Shown: in pieces, positions 1 to 9,537 of the stretch | Numbering within the stretch: position 1 is the first letter of the stretch | Layout of the letters: each line of letters opens with the position of its first letter | From: an archaeon | GTDB taxonomy: Archaea > Asgardarchaeota > Thorarchaeia > Thorarchaeales > Thorarchaeaceae | Direction: 5' to 3' | Assembly (NCBI GenBank): GCA_024275415.1 | Contig: JAJRZD010000099.1 | Span: forward strand, 1 to 32,000 | Length of the DNA stretch: 32,000 nt | Program-made: the position numbers and the translations under genes | Notes under the pieces: generated by a model | The model's database searches: none | The model's input: only the letters and a program-made list of their open reading frames with translations | What the model was told of the DNA's origin: nothing

Positions 1-776
1 AATGCAAATATCGCTAGAGCCACTCCTCGTAACGATTCTGAAAGACCAAGCACTGTGGATATGAACAACGGAAGAGCTATCAGTATGAAACCAATGTGTA
101 ATCTATCAATGAAATTGAATAGCCCAGGTACTACAAGCTTTGGATGTCTTTTTGCCACCATGAGGCTCTGTACCAGACTTGGTCGAGTCTTGGTGAGTGC
201 TGGTTCTCTCAGCCATATGATTGATAATACAAGAACTGCGATGTTCAGACCGGATGCGACATAGTAGGGCATGAACACATCGTATGCTGCAACGACACCT
301 CCCAAAGCAGGCCCCATCCCCATAGCCAGAGCAAGGAACGCTCCGAAGATTCCCATATTCTTACCCCGATTATGAGATCCGGAGAAGTCCGTTGCCAATG
401 TCATGAATGTCTGCCAGACCATGACTGCGAACGCTCCTTGAATGAATCTGTACAACAGGAGGACTGGATAATAAAGAGTCGTCGTCATGAGCCAATAGAA
501 TATGACTGAGCCAAATGTTCCAACATGAACGAAAACTCGTCGTTTGTTCCAACGATTCGAAAGAACCCCTGTGATTAGACCAAACACGAGGTATGAAATA
601 TACAACACCCCATCAAATAGAGCGTATTCCAGCTCCGTGATCCCCGCAAATCGATCAAGGATGAATTCTGGTTGGTTCACATGAAGTACGGCTGCAGAGG
701 TTATTGTCAGTAGTGTCAGAATCCCTATAACTACGATTTGTATTACTCCTTCAGGGGAGTGTGGTTTTTGAAGCAT
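1..776 (-). CDS. MFS transporter, 3'-truncated by the window edge (not in ORF track)
   Basis: Hand translation of the minus strand from ATG at 776 (alternative TTG at 815) is open to position 1: MLQKPHSPEGVIQIVVIGILTLLTITSAAVLHVNQPEFILDRF...GLITGVLSNRWNKRRVF...YRFIQG...RGKNMGIFG...GMGPALGG. Shows an MFS motif A-like GxLSxRWxKR, the RxxQG motif, motif C-like GPALGG and multiple TM helices. Confidence 0.88.
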   Translation of the reverse strand, partial: MLQKPHSPEGVIQIVVIGILTLLTITSAAVLHVNQPEFILDRFAGITELEYALFDGVLYISYLVFGLITGVLSNRWNKRRVFVHVGTFGSVIFYWLMTTTLYYPVLLLYRFIQGAFAVMVWQTFMTLATDFSGSHNRGKNMGIFGAFLALAMGMGPALGGVVAAYDVFMPYYVASGLNIAVLVLSIIWLREPALTKTRPSLVQSLMVAKRHPKLVVPGLFNFIDRLHIGFILIALPLFISTVLGLSESLRGVALAIFA

Positions 777-1275
777 CGATGGAGTTTCAAGACCTGTTAT
801 GGGATGTGCCTCCAACTCAGTTTTACCTGCAATGACAAAACCTTCTAAATGATAAACATTGACTAATGAATATGTGCCCTCTTAGACATTTGAAGGACAT
901 TGATGCAGCTTTGAGCTTTCGAAAAGGTTTGCAATATGGAAATGTACAACAAGACGATGGAGAATGAGATCCTTCCACCAACAGAGCCTCATTGAATAGA
1001 CGCTTGAGGTATGGCTCTAAGTTTCATTCAATAGTGCACACAGCAGCATAATGCCACCATTCCAACGGTATCACAGTTCCAGTAAGTCATAACTCAAAAT
1101 TCATGGTTGTTTCCCAAAGGGGTGGTGAATAGAAACACATCCTTCGTAAGCATTCAACGTTGTTTCATTTCAAGCATGAACATTGCAGAACCCGCGAAAC
1201 CAAAGGTATAACCTCCATTTTGTGAATGACTTGGGCATCTCTTTAGCCTTTGTAGAGATATGGCAGGAATCCCTG

Positions 1276-1294
1276 GAAAACCGTGATTTTATAT
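1276..1294 (+). promoter_or_regulatory. Putative BRE-TATA promoter of cas6
   Basis: GAAAACCGTGATTTTATAT: purine-rich BRE-like run followed by TTTTATAT, 35-50 nt upstream of the cas6 start. Confidence 0.55.
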
Positions 1295-1328
1295 TACAAG
1301 TTTGGGTAGAACTTGCAGAGAAAGATAG

Positions 1329-2075
1329 TTGGATGTATGCTCATTGAGGTTCAGGTTGACATTGATTCCGTGGAGGTGCACTACAGGAACACCAATTCTT
1401 CGTTATGACTATCAGCATTCGATAAGCTCCATGATATACAACACGCTGATTGATGTGGATTCCAAGTATAAGGAGATGCATGATTCCAAGGAATACAAGT
1501 TCTTCACTTTCTCTCGATTAGAGGTTCCACGGAGGAAGGCACTCAGGAACGGGCTGGCAATCCTCTGTAATGACACATATCTATGGGTGAGCAGTCCAGA
1601 TGCCATACTTATTCATACCCTTGCCGGGGTCTTTGCGTCAAAGGAAGCTGTGAAAGTAGCAGGGTTAGGATTTGCGGTTGCCGGGGTTGCCAGTCCGGGG
1701 GTGTATATGCCTCAGGAAGAAGAAACTTTCCGTACGCTTTCGCCTATTGTCATACGAACCGCCATTGAAACAGAAGATGGCGTTAAGAGGTGGGACTTGA
1801 GTCCTGCTGATGATGAGTTCGTCCCGAGATTGCTGGAGAATCTCTATAGGAAATATGAGATGTTCAGTGGACACGCTCCTACGGGGAGAATCGAGTCAAT
1901 CGAGGTGGCTCACGACAAGCAACAGAGGATTAAGATCCTCGATACCTACCATCGCGCGCATCTTATGAGCATCACTCTAAAGGGGGATCCCGAACTCATC
2001 AAATTCGCCTATGATTGCGGTCTGGGGGAGAAGAACTCCATGGGCTTTGGGATGCTTCAGTGTGTCCCGAATTGA
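1329..2075 (+). CDS. cas6: CRISPR-associated endoribonuclease Cas6
   Basis: N-terminal LRFRLTL, YKFFTFS motif and C-terminal glycine-rich loop GLGEKNSMGFG. The real start may be TTG at 1344. Confidence 0.95.
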   Translation: MDVCSLRFRLTLIPWRCTTGTPILRYDYQHSISSMIYNTLIDVDSKYKEMHDSKEYKFFTFSRLEVPRRKALRNGLAILCNDTYLWVSSPDAILIHTLAGVFASKEAVKVAGLGFAVAGVASPGVYMPQEEETFRTLSPIVIRTAIETEDGVKRWDLSPADDEFVPRLLENLYRKYEMFSGHAPTGRIESIEVAHDKQQRIKILDTYHRAHLMSITLKGDPELIKFAYDCGLGEKNSMGFGMLQCVPN

Positions 2076-2514
2076 ATCAGGTGAATTGAAACGTGTGCGT
2101 AGTGAAATCGAATAGCAAATCACAGAACCTTTCATATTGACAAGGAATCCATTCGTTGACTCGGGGATTACAGCTGTTGCTGTGTCGAACCAGATTTAAT
2201 GGCAAGATTGCCAGCATTTACAGTAAACTTGCGAAATTGTACATCTTTCATTGTAAGTTGGATAACCTTTGATACCAGAGTGTTGTACTCCCAGATAACG
2301 GCACTGGGTGGACTCTGCGATGCCGTTTGCGTGTCATGTACAACCCCATACTCCTATGGGAGTGGTCGAGTCTAAAGCTCTATAATTTACTTCGAATGTC
2401 CGTCTGAGGGATGTCCACGTTTGGGTACGTGTAGCGTAGCTGTTTGCAACCCGAATCAGGACGCTCTGATTCCGCAAAATTCTTGGTGTGAGAACTGGAT
2501 TTTCCAACTGCCAC

Positions 2515-2682
2515 TTAGTCAGATTCTAACTTACGATCTGGACTCACGATGCCAGACCAGCCACAATGACTGCAGTACACATCATACTCTATTTCTGCAT
2601 CATCTTCGGTTCCTTGCACCTCAACGATTGCAGTCTTCCCTTCTAGCAACTTACCGCACCTGAAACAGTACCTTTTCAGCAT
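2515..2682 (-). CDS. 55-aa zinc-ribbon microprotein (below ORF-track cutoff)
   Basis: Hand translation from ATG 2682 to TAA 2515: MLKRYCFRCGKLLEGKTAIVEVQGTEDDAEIEYDVYCSHCGWSGIVSPDRKLESD. Two CxxCG knuckles (CFRCG, CSHCG). Confidence 0.75.
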   Translation of the reverse strand: MLKRYCFRCGKLLEGKTAIVEVQGTEDDAEIEYDVYCSHCGWSGIVSPDRKLESD

Positions 2683-2926
2683 ACCATATTTTCCCTGTCA
2701 GCCCAATATGAATCTTGACTTGGTTCACTTTCATTGAGCAATGTGCCTGCCTGTCGGCGCTGTAAAATAAATCACAGTGCCAGACATCGAGTGAGGATTA
2801 GACCTTCTTCTTAATGAGCCAATCTACCAATCGTTAGTATTGCTTCCATGAATTCACGCATTATTTTACAAAACCCTGCCTGTCCAAAAGAAGATAAGAT
2901 AGGGATACACCCAGTAGGTTTGGTCG

Positions 2927-4243
2927 ATGATTATGAACGAACTCCCACTTGATGCACTACCAGATGCATTGCCTGATGCAATAGATGTCGAGAAGTATGT
3001 CATCTGCACATACTACGCCCGCCTTCCGCCATTCATGAATGCGAGAGAAGTCGCGCAGGCCGCAGCGGTCGAACAGAGCACAGGGACTTGGACTCTGGTT
3101 CCTGGAGAAACTGCCGAGGTCCGGAAACGGCATGTTGCCAAGGTCATCGGGGTCTACGAGGTTCCACAGTACGAGTACAGCGTGCCCAGTGACCTGAGCC
3201 GTCGTCAGTACATCTTGCAAGTCGCATTCCCTTGGGAGAACTTTGGTCAGCAGATCCCCATGCTGCTCTCATCAGTCATTGGAAACATCTCCCTTGGACC
3301 AATCAAATGTCTTGATATGCGATTCCCGAAGAGCTGGCTGAAAGGGTTCAAGGGTCCCAAATTCGGGGTCAAGGGACTGCGTAAACTACTAGGGGTGAAG
3401 GACAGGCCCTTCGTCAATAACATGATCAAGCCCTGCGTCTACACTTCTGCAAAAATGGGTGCCGAGCTGTGTTATGAGGCGGCAGCTGGAGGGGCAGACA
3501 TTATCAAGGACGATGAGCTGCTTGCCGATGCATCATTCAACACACTTGAAGAGCGGATTCCTCTATTCATGGAGGCGATTGACCGAGCGGACGCAGAGAA
3601 GAACGAGAAGACAATCTATACTGTGAATATAACGGACAGCATCCCGAAGATGTTCGACAATGCTGAACGTGCAATCGAACTGGGGGCGAATGGGCTAATG
3701 GTGAACTTTCTGGCTGTCGGGTATTCGGCATTCAGGCATGTCTGTGAGGATCCATCTCTCAATGTTCCTGTTTTGGCACATATGGATGTCACTGGAGCAA
3801 TGTCTTATTCTCCGGACATCGGCATTGGTACCAACCTTGTCATCGGGAAGCTACCACGGATATGCGGTTCTGACATCACGGTGTTCCCAGCGCCTTACGG
3901 GAAAGCACCTATGCTCAAGGAGCGCTTCCTCAACATGGCACACAACATGATCATGCCCTTTCATCATATCGAGCAGACTGCCCCTATGCCCAGTGGCGGT
4001 ATCAGCCCCGGCCATGTTGAAGAGGTCATAGACGACCTTGGAACCGATATAGTCATTGGCACAGGTGCGGGAATCCATGCTCACCCAGATGGGCCACGAG
4101 CAGGTGCCATCGCGTTCAGACAGGCGATTGATGCCAAGATGCAAGGAGTCCCTGTCAGCAGGTACGCGAAAGAGGAAGGTCATGAAGAACTCAAGCGAGC
4201 GATGGAAACATGGGGTTCAAAGCGGACAGGATTCGACCTCTAG
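2927..4243 (+). CDS. RuBisCO-like protein (form IV RLP)
   Basis: EQSTGTW, IKP, IIKDDELL (carbamylated Lys motif), PSGG, GIHAHP. Lacks the bona fide RuBisCO residues K177 (IKPCV) and the H327 HxGT motif (VFPAPYGK). Confidence 0.93.
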   Translation: MIMNELPLDALPDALPDAIDVEKYVICTYYARLPPFMNAREVAQAAAVEQSTGTWTLVPGETAEVRKRHVAKVIGVYEVPQYEYSVPSDLSRRQYILQVAFPWENFGQQIPMLLSSVIGNISLGPIKCLDMRFPKSWLKGFKGPKFGVKGLRKLLGVKDRPFVNNMIKPCVYTSAKMGAELCYEAAAGGADIIKDDELLADASFNTLEERIPLFMEAIDRADAEKNEKTIYTVNITDSIPKMFDNAERAIELGANGLMVNFLAVGYSAFRHVCEDPSLNVPVLAHMDVTGAMSYSPDIGIGTNLVIGKLPRICGSDITVFPAPYGKAPMLKERFLNMAHNMIMPFHHIEQTAPMPSGGISPGHVEEVIDDLGTDIVIGTGAGIHAHPDGPRAGAIAFRQAIDAKMQGVPVSRYAKEEGHEELKRAMETWGSKRTGFDL

Positions 4244-4274
4244 TACTATCGACATGCGAAGAAGATAAGCCGCC

Positions 4275-5852
4275 TCAGTGAGCGTTCATCTTCTTCCACA
4301 GCTTTTTGTTCGCCTTGTAGTACTCCTTCAGCATCTGGAAGTGATATTCATAGATTTCTATATTCACGGGGTCTGGCTCGAACACTTTCTCGACTTGAAT
4401 TTTGTTCGCAGCCTTTTGAAAATCACTTATCTCCCCCAGTCCGATGAATGCTACAAATGAAACCCCAACAGTTCCCGCTTCAAGAGGATTCGCCATCCGA
4501 TATACTGGCTTTTGCAAGACATCAGCATAGATCTGTGTCCATAGATCCGAGTTCGCACAACCTCCAATCATATGGACATTTGAAACCTTTCCCAGCATCT
4601 TCTTTTTCTCGATGCCATCCATCATCCATCGCGCATGGAGTGCCACTCCCTCGAGAACCGCTCTGACCATATGTTCCTTACCATGAGCCAGAGAGAGATT
4701 GAAGTATCCTCCCCGCACGTTATGGTCGTCAATGGGGCTTCTCTCACCGAACATCCATGGGGCAAAAATGAGGTTTTCCGAACCTGGTGGTGCATGTGCC
4801 GCTACAGCATCAAGTGTCGAGAATGGATTGCGTTCCCCAGATTCACAATCCGAGCAAGCTGGACTAGCGTAGTCCTTTACGTTCAGACACAGCTCACAAT
4901 GCCAGTGCTCCTTTAGATGCTTCAGACACGCTCCTGCTGCTTCCTGTTCAGCGATTAGGATGTACTTGTCAGGTATCGCGCTTCTGATGGATCCCGTGTA
5001 TGTGAAGATGTCCAATTTCCTGTCTTGGACATGGGCTCCGATCCATGCACTCGAGCCTGCATAGATATGAACCTCCTTCTCTCTTACCGCACCCGACCCT
5101 ACCCCTGCGGCAGGCATATCACCACAGCCATTGACGACTTGGGTGGATGTCGGGAGCCCGAGTTCGGTCGCTGCCGATGCCGTGAGGTTTCCAATGACCT
5201 CGGTCGAAGGTGCCAGCCGAGGGAGCCTGTCCATATCCAAATCGATCCACTCTAGAATGGTGCTGGACCATGTGTTCTTTCCTTTCCGCGAGTCCATGAA
5301 CCATGTCAGGTTCGCACAATCGTATGAGGTGACATACTCTCCCGTGCACTTGAATATCAGATAGTCTTTGCAATCGAGGAACTTGTGGGTCTTCTCGAAG
5401 ACTTGGGGTCGTTCTTCCCTGACCCAGACAATCTTCCCGATGATGTCCTTCCCCGATGGGATACCGCCAGTGATCCTAAGCATCCTAAGCATCTTGATCG
5501 GGTTGGATATGATCTCCTTGTTCTGCTTTGCAGCTCTGGTATCAAGCCATGTCATGCAATTCATGAGAGGCTTGCCATCGACATCAACAGGGATAGTACC
5601 CATCATCTGGGTCGAGAAAGTCATGGCTATCACTTCGCTCGGGGTTATCCTGCTTTTCGCTAGCACATCCCTCGTAGTATCGCGAATTGCAGACCACCAT
5701 TGCTCCTCAGGGTCTTGTTCTGCCCATCCCTGCTGTGGATAGAGAACTGAGTAGAATTTCTCCGCAGATGAAACTATGTTTCCATTGATATCCACTAATG
5801 ATGCCTTATTACCACCTGTGCCCACATCATGGGCTAGAACGTAACCTGACAT
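4275..5852 (-). CDS. FGGY-family carbohydrate kinase (xylulokinase-like)
   Basis: HDVGTGGNKA, WAEQDPEEQWW, WLDTRA, GERSP, GGCANSDLW. Start moved from 6026 to ATG 5852, which has a strong SD (GAGGTGGAG) and begins MSGYVLAHDVGT. Confidence 0.92.
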   Translation of the reverse strand: MSGYVLAHDVGTGGNKASLVDINGNIVSSAEKFYSVLYPQQGWAEQDPEEQWWSAIRDTTRDVLAKSRITPSEVIAMTFSTQMMGTIPVDVDGKPLMNCMTWLDTRAAKQNKEIISNPIKMLRMLRITGGIPSGKDIIGKIVWVREERPQVFEKTHKFLDCKDYLIFKCTGEYVTSYDCANLTWFMDSRKGKNTWSSTILEWIDLDMDRLPRLAPSTEVIGNLTASAATELGLPTSTQVVNGCGDMPAAGVGSGAVREKEVHIYAGSSAWIGAHVQDRKLDIFTYTGSIRSAIPDKYILIAEQEAAGACLKHLKEHWHCELCLNVKDYASPACSDCESGERNPFSTLDAVAAHAPPGSENLIFAPWMFGERSPIDDHNVRGGYFNLSLAHGKEHMVRAVLEGVALHARWMMDGIEKKKMLGKVSNVHMIGGCANSDLWTQIYADVLQKPVYRMANPLEAGTVGVSFVAFIGLGEISDFQKAANKIQVEKVFEPDPVNIEIYEYHFQMLKEYYKANKKLWKKMNAH

Positions 5853-6047
5853 ATCTCCACCTCTTTTGATTATAACCAATGTACGTGAGTACATGAAATA
5901 CATTTCGTTTCTTAGAGGTTCGGTCTTCGTACCACTTAATCCATTCCTACAATAGTCGCAAACAGTACCTTGCCAGAGAGCTGAGCTTATCAATGAGTAC
6001 CTGCCTGTTAAAATTGTCGATACCATGATTTGAGTGGGTGAAGGCGG

Positions 6048-7649
6048 ATGAAGCTGGTAAAGGAAATTGCCGAAAAAGCCGGGATTCCGGACGAGTTTCT
6101 TGAGTTATATGGCAACTACATGGCAAAGATCAATTTGAGCATCCGGAAAAGCCTAGGTGATCGGAAAGGAAAGCTGATCCTTGTGACAGCCACAAACCCA
6201 ACTCCCGCGGGAGAAGGCAAGACGACCAATTCGATAGGTCTCTCAATGGCACTGAACGCCTTGGGACATAACGCTGTGGTGACTCTCCGCCAACCCTCTC
6301 TAGGACCTGTTTTTGGTGTGAAAGGTGGTGCTGCTGGTGGTGGCAAGTCTACAGTAGAGCCATTCGAGAAGATTAATCTCATGTTCACATCAGACTTCCC
6401 AGCGGTGGAATCTGCGCATAACCTCCTTTCGGCAATGATAGACAATTACATCCAGCATGAAAAGGAGCCTGAGATTGACGTTCGGAGGATATATTGGCCT
6501 CGGACAATGGACATGAACGACCGAGCGCTACGGAAGGTCATTGTGGGGCTTGGAGGACGGTTCGATGGGTTTCCACGGGAAGACCGCTTCGTCATCACAG
6601 CAGCCTCTGAGATCATGGCAATCCTTGCTCTAGCGAAGGACTATCGAGACCTCAAGAAGAAGCTTGGGAACATACTTGTCGCTAGGACCTCTGACCTCAA
6701 AGAGATGTATGCGCGGGATTTGAAGGCTGAGGGTGCCATGGCTGTCCTGCTCAGGGATGCACTGAAGCCAAACCTTGTCCAGACTGCTGAGGGCACTCCT
6801 GCTATCATCCATGCCGGTCCGTTCGCGAACATCGCTCATGGCACCAACTCGATTATTGCAACTGATATCGCGCTCAGGATATTCGATTATGTCGTGATAG
6901 AGGCCGGATTTGGTGCCGATTTGGGAGCTGAGAAATTCTTCAACATAGTGACTCGTGCAGGAGAGTTCACGGTCGACGCCACGGTGGTCGTCACCACGAT
7001 TCGAGCCCTCAAATACCATGGGTCTGGAGACCTCTCCAAGGGCTTCCCGAACCTTGAGAAACACATGGAGAACATCAACAATTTCGGTGTTCCTGCTGTC
7101 ATCGCATTGAACAAGTTCCCTGATGACACGGACGAGGAAATTGCGCTTCTGAGGGACTTCTGTGATGAGCGTGGTTGGAGGATGGAGGTCTCTGAGGTGT
7201 TCAGTAAGGGCGGCGAAGGAGGCAAGGATCTTGCAAAGGCTGTCATTGAAACCATCGGCTCTGGCAAGTCCCCCAAGATCAAGTACACTTACGACCTGAA
7301 GGACAGCATAATGGATAAGGTTCACAAGGTGGCAACAAGCATCTATGGTTCTGTGGATGTCGAATACACATCGGGAGCTCGTGGACGGATACGCTCTCTT
7401 GAGAAACGTGGTTATGGTAAGCTGCCAGTCTGTATAGCAAAAACCCAGTTCAGCCTCTCAGACAATAGAGGACTACGAGGTCGTCCCGAGGGTGATAAGG
7501 CCGAGGTAGTGGGTGCAGATGTGAGCAATGGCGCTGGTTTCATCGTGATATACATGGGCAACGTCAATCTGATGCCCGGACTCCCTGAAGTGCCTGCAGC
7601 CGAAGGTATGGACATTGATGACGAGGGAAACATCAGTGGCGTGTTCTAG
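6048..7649 (+). CDS. fhs: Formate--tetrahydrofolate ligase
   Basis: TATNPTPAGEGKTT, LRQPSLGP, KGGAAGGG, HAGPFANIAHG, EAGFGADLGAEKF, CIAKTQFSLS, MPGLP. Confidence 0.97.
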   Translation: MKLVKEIAEKAGIPDEFLELYGNYMAKINLSIRKSLGDRKGKLILVTATNPTPAGEGKTTNSIGLSMALNALGHNAVVTLRQPSLGPVFGVKGGAAGGGKSTVEPFEKINLMFTSDFPAVESAHNLLSAMIDNYIQHEKEPEIDVRRIYWPRTMDMNDRALRKVIVGLGGRFDGFPREDRFVITAASEIMAILALAKDYRDLKKKLGNILVARTSDLKEMYARDLKAEGAMAVLLRDALKPNLVQTAEGTPAIIHAGPFANIAHGTNSIIATDIALRIFDYVVIEAGFGADLGAEKFFNIVTRAGEFTVDATVVVTTIRALKYHGSGDLSKGFPNLEKHMENINNFGVPAVIALNKFPDDTDEEIALLRDFCDERGWRMEVSEVFSKGGEGGKDLAKAVIETIGSGKSPKIKYTYDLKDSIMDKVHKVATSIYGSVDVEYTSGARGRIRSLEKRGYGKLPVCIAKTQFSLSDNRGLRGRPEGDKAEVVGADVSNGAGFIVIYMGNVNLMPGLPEVPAAEGMDIDDEGNISGVF

Positions 7650-7658
7650 GGGTTAGCA

Positions 7659-8549
7659 ATGATGAGTGAGAACGTACCAAAACCAATCATCGAGAACCAT
7701 GTGATTAAAGGGAAACGCCTTTCCAAGCGAATTCGAAAGCAAATCAAGGCTGAAGTCGCCGAGCTCGTCGAGAAGTTCGGGCAGCCTCCCAAACTTGTTA
7801 CCATCATCGTGGGATCGGATCCCGGTTCCCAGATGTATGTCCGTATGAAACGAAAGGCATGCGAGAAGGCAGGCATTCTCTCAGAGCACCATGATCTTGC
7901 AGGATCCACGACACAAGAGGAGCTGCTTGCTCTGCTGGACAGACTCAATGACGATTCGACTGTCCATGGGATTCTGGTTCAACTGCCATTGCCCAATCAT
8001 ATTGATGAGAAGACCATCATTGGAGCATTGAACCCCTTGAAGGATGTCGATGGTTTCTCGCCAATGAACGTGTACCGCCTTTTCTATGGAGGCGAGAAGC
8101 TCAGCGCTGCAACACCTCATGGGATTGTTACCATATTAGACGCCATTGGCATGAACGACCTCTCTGGAAAACATGCTGTAATCATCAATCGTTCAAACAT
8201 CGTTGGCAAGCCACTGATCATGCTCTTGCTGAATCGAAATGCCACTGTGACCGTTTGCCATTCAAAGACCGCTGACTTGTCCTCGTGGACTAGGATGGCC
8301 GATGTCCTTGTGACAGCAATTGGACGAAGGACTTCTTCGGACGACGCCTACTATATCACAGCAGAGATGGTCAAGAAGGATGCTGTTGTGATTCATGTAT
8401 CCACGCCCTTCGGGGATGTGGATTTCGATACGGTCAAGGACAAGGTATTGGGCATTACTCCGGTTCCCGGCGGAGTCGGACCCATGACCATTACGATGTT
8501 ACTGCGAAACGTAGTGGATGCATATCTTACTCAAATGAAGCAGAGTTGA
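7659..8549 (+). CDS. folD: Bifunctional methylene-THF dehydrogenase/methenyl-THF cyclohydrolase
   Basis: YVRMKRKAC, GILVQLPLP, KDVDG, RSNIVGKP, TVTVCHSKT, TPVPGGVGPMT. Confidence 0.96.
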   Translation: MMSENVPKPIIENHVIKGKRLSKRIRKQIKAEVAELVEKFGQPPKLVTIIVGSDPGSQMYVRMKRKACEKAGILSEHHDLAGSTTQEELLALLDRLNDDSTVHGILVQLPLPNHIDEKTIIGALNPLKDVDGFSPMNVYRLFYGGEKLSAATPHGIVTILDAIGMNDLSGKHAVIINRSNIVGKPLIMLLLNRNATVTVCHSKTADLSSWTRMADVLVTAIGRRTSSDDAYYITAEMVKKDAVVIHVSTPFGDVDFDTVKDKVLGITPVPGGVGPMTITMLLRNVVDAYLTQMKQS

Positions 8550-8826
8550 GCAAGTACCTTCATTTAATGTTGTACAACTCTGGATTACAAAGTGGTGCAT
8601 CCCTATAGAACAGTAATGAGCAGACTCCGCGAGGTATTGTATGTGCCAGGGACATTCTCCTAGGCATGTCATTAATTAGCCCATATAACGATCCCTATGA
8701 CTCGTCGAACAAACATCTAATGCACGTTAAACATTGTACAAGGTTTGTTTAGACGTTAGCAACACACTACAATCCATATACAATCTTAAAAAGGAAGATT
8801 CCGATACAATATGATGTTGACTACAA

Positions 8827-9537
8827 ATGTCCACAGAGAATGTAGACCGTGCATTTATCGAACAGATGATTAAGATATTGGAACAAGATGCCTCATTGCG
8901 AGCTAGGATGACTCAGCTGTTCAGTCCATTCGAGTTCGTCAAGCGAGATGAGTTAGCTGAGGTTCTAAAGGAGATTAAGGAGCTACGTATTGACCACGCA
9001 CAGCGTTTTGAGGCTATGGACAGACGTTTTGAGGCTATGCAGAAGCAGATGGATGACCGCTTCGAGGCTATGGACAGACGTTTCGAATCTATGCAATCAG
9101 TCCTTGTTTCTATTCAGGCTGATATGGCCGACCTTTCTGGGAGGTATGGCAAGCGTGCTGAGGATGCTATCCGAAAGGTTCTGACCAAGGTGCTTCAAGC
9201 TGAAGGCATAGAAACTGCACGGATTAGCCATATCCAAGTCAAGGACAACGATGGTTCAGTGTTCGGGAAAGATTATACAACGGACATAGACATCTACTAC
9301 CAAGGGAAGGAAACATGGGCTATCGAATATAAAGGACGGGCCAAACGTGAGGATATTATCCATCTTCATCTGGTAGGACGTTTGCTAAAGGAGCAATACA
9401 AGATCGAGCCTACTCGACTGGTAATGGTAGCATTGAACATCGGAGAGGATGTGACCGCATTGGCAAAGGACATGGGCATTGAGATAATCCATGGGATCAG
9501 CTCCAATCCTGTTCCTTATATTCCGCTAGACTACTGA
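8827..9537 (+). CDS. Coiled-coil repeat plus PD-(D/E)XK nuclease-like protein (DUF3782-like archaeal family)
   Basis: RFEAMDRRFEAMQKQMDDRFEAMDRRFESMQ coiled-coil repeat, then LSGRYG and the TDIDI...AIEYK nuclease-fold motif. Confidence 0.75.
   Translation: MSTENVDRAFIEQMIKILEQDASLRARMTQLFSPFEFVKRDELAEVLKEIKELRIDHAQRFEAMDRRFEAMQKQMDDRFEAMDRRFESMQSVLVSIQADMADLSGRYGKRAEDAIRKVLTKVLQAEGIETARISHIQVKDNDGSVFGKDYTTDIDIYYQGKETWAIEYKGRAKREDIIHLHLVGRLLKEQYKIEPTRLVMVALNIGEDVTALAKDMGIEIIHGISSNPVPYIPLDY
9004..9096 (+). repeat. Intragenic tandem repeat, 21+33-bp unit duplicated (second copy partial)
   Basis: cgttttgaggctatggacaga (9004-9024), cgttttgaggctatgcagaagcagatggatgac (9025-9057), cgcttcgaggctatggacaga (9058-9078), cgtttcgaatctatgcaa (9079-9096). 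Confidence 0.9.

Noticed and set aside
927-1190. GTTTCATT/GTTTGCAAT starts upstream of cas6 as a possible degenerate array
   Set aside because: Only 8-nt matches (1021, 1162), with no shared 25-37 nt unit or regular spacing.
5853-6026. 58-aa N-terminal extension of the FGGY kinase in the ORF track
   Set aside because: The strong SD and family-typical start are at 5852, so this stretch is better read as the divergent promoter.
6630-7325. Long antisense ORFs over fhs (and similar ones over ftcd, pepD, aor)
   Set aside because: Shadow frames of well-supported genes with no motifs of their own.
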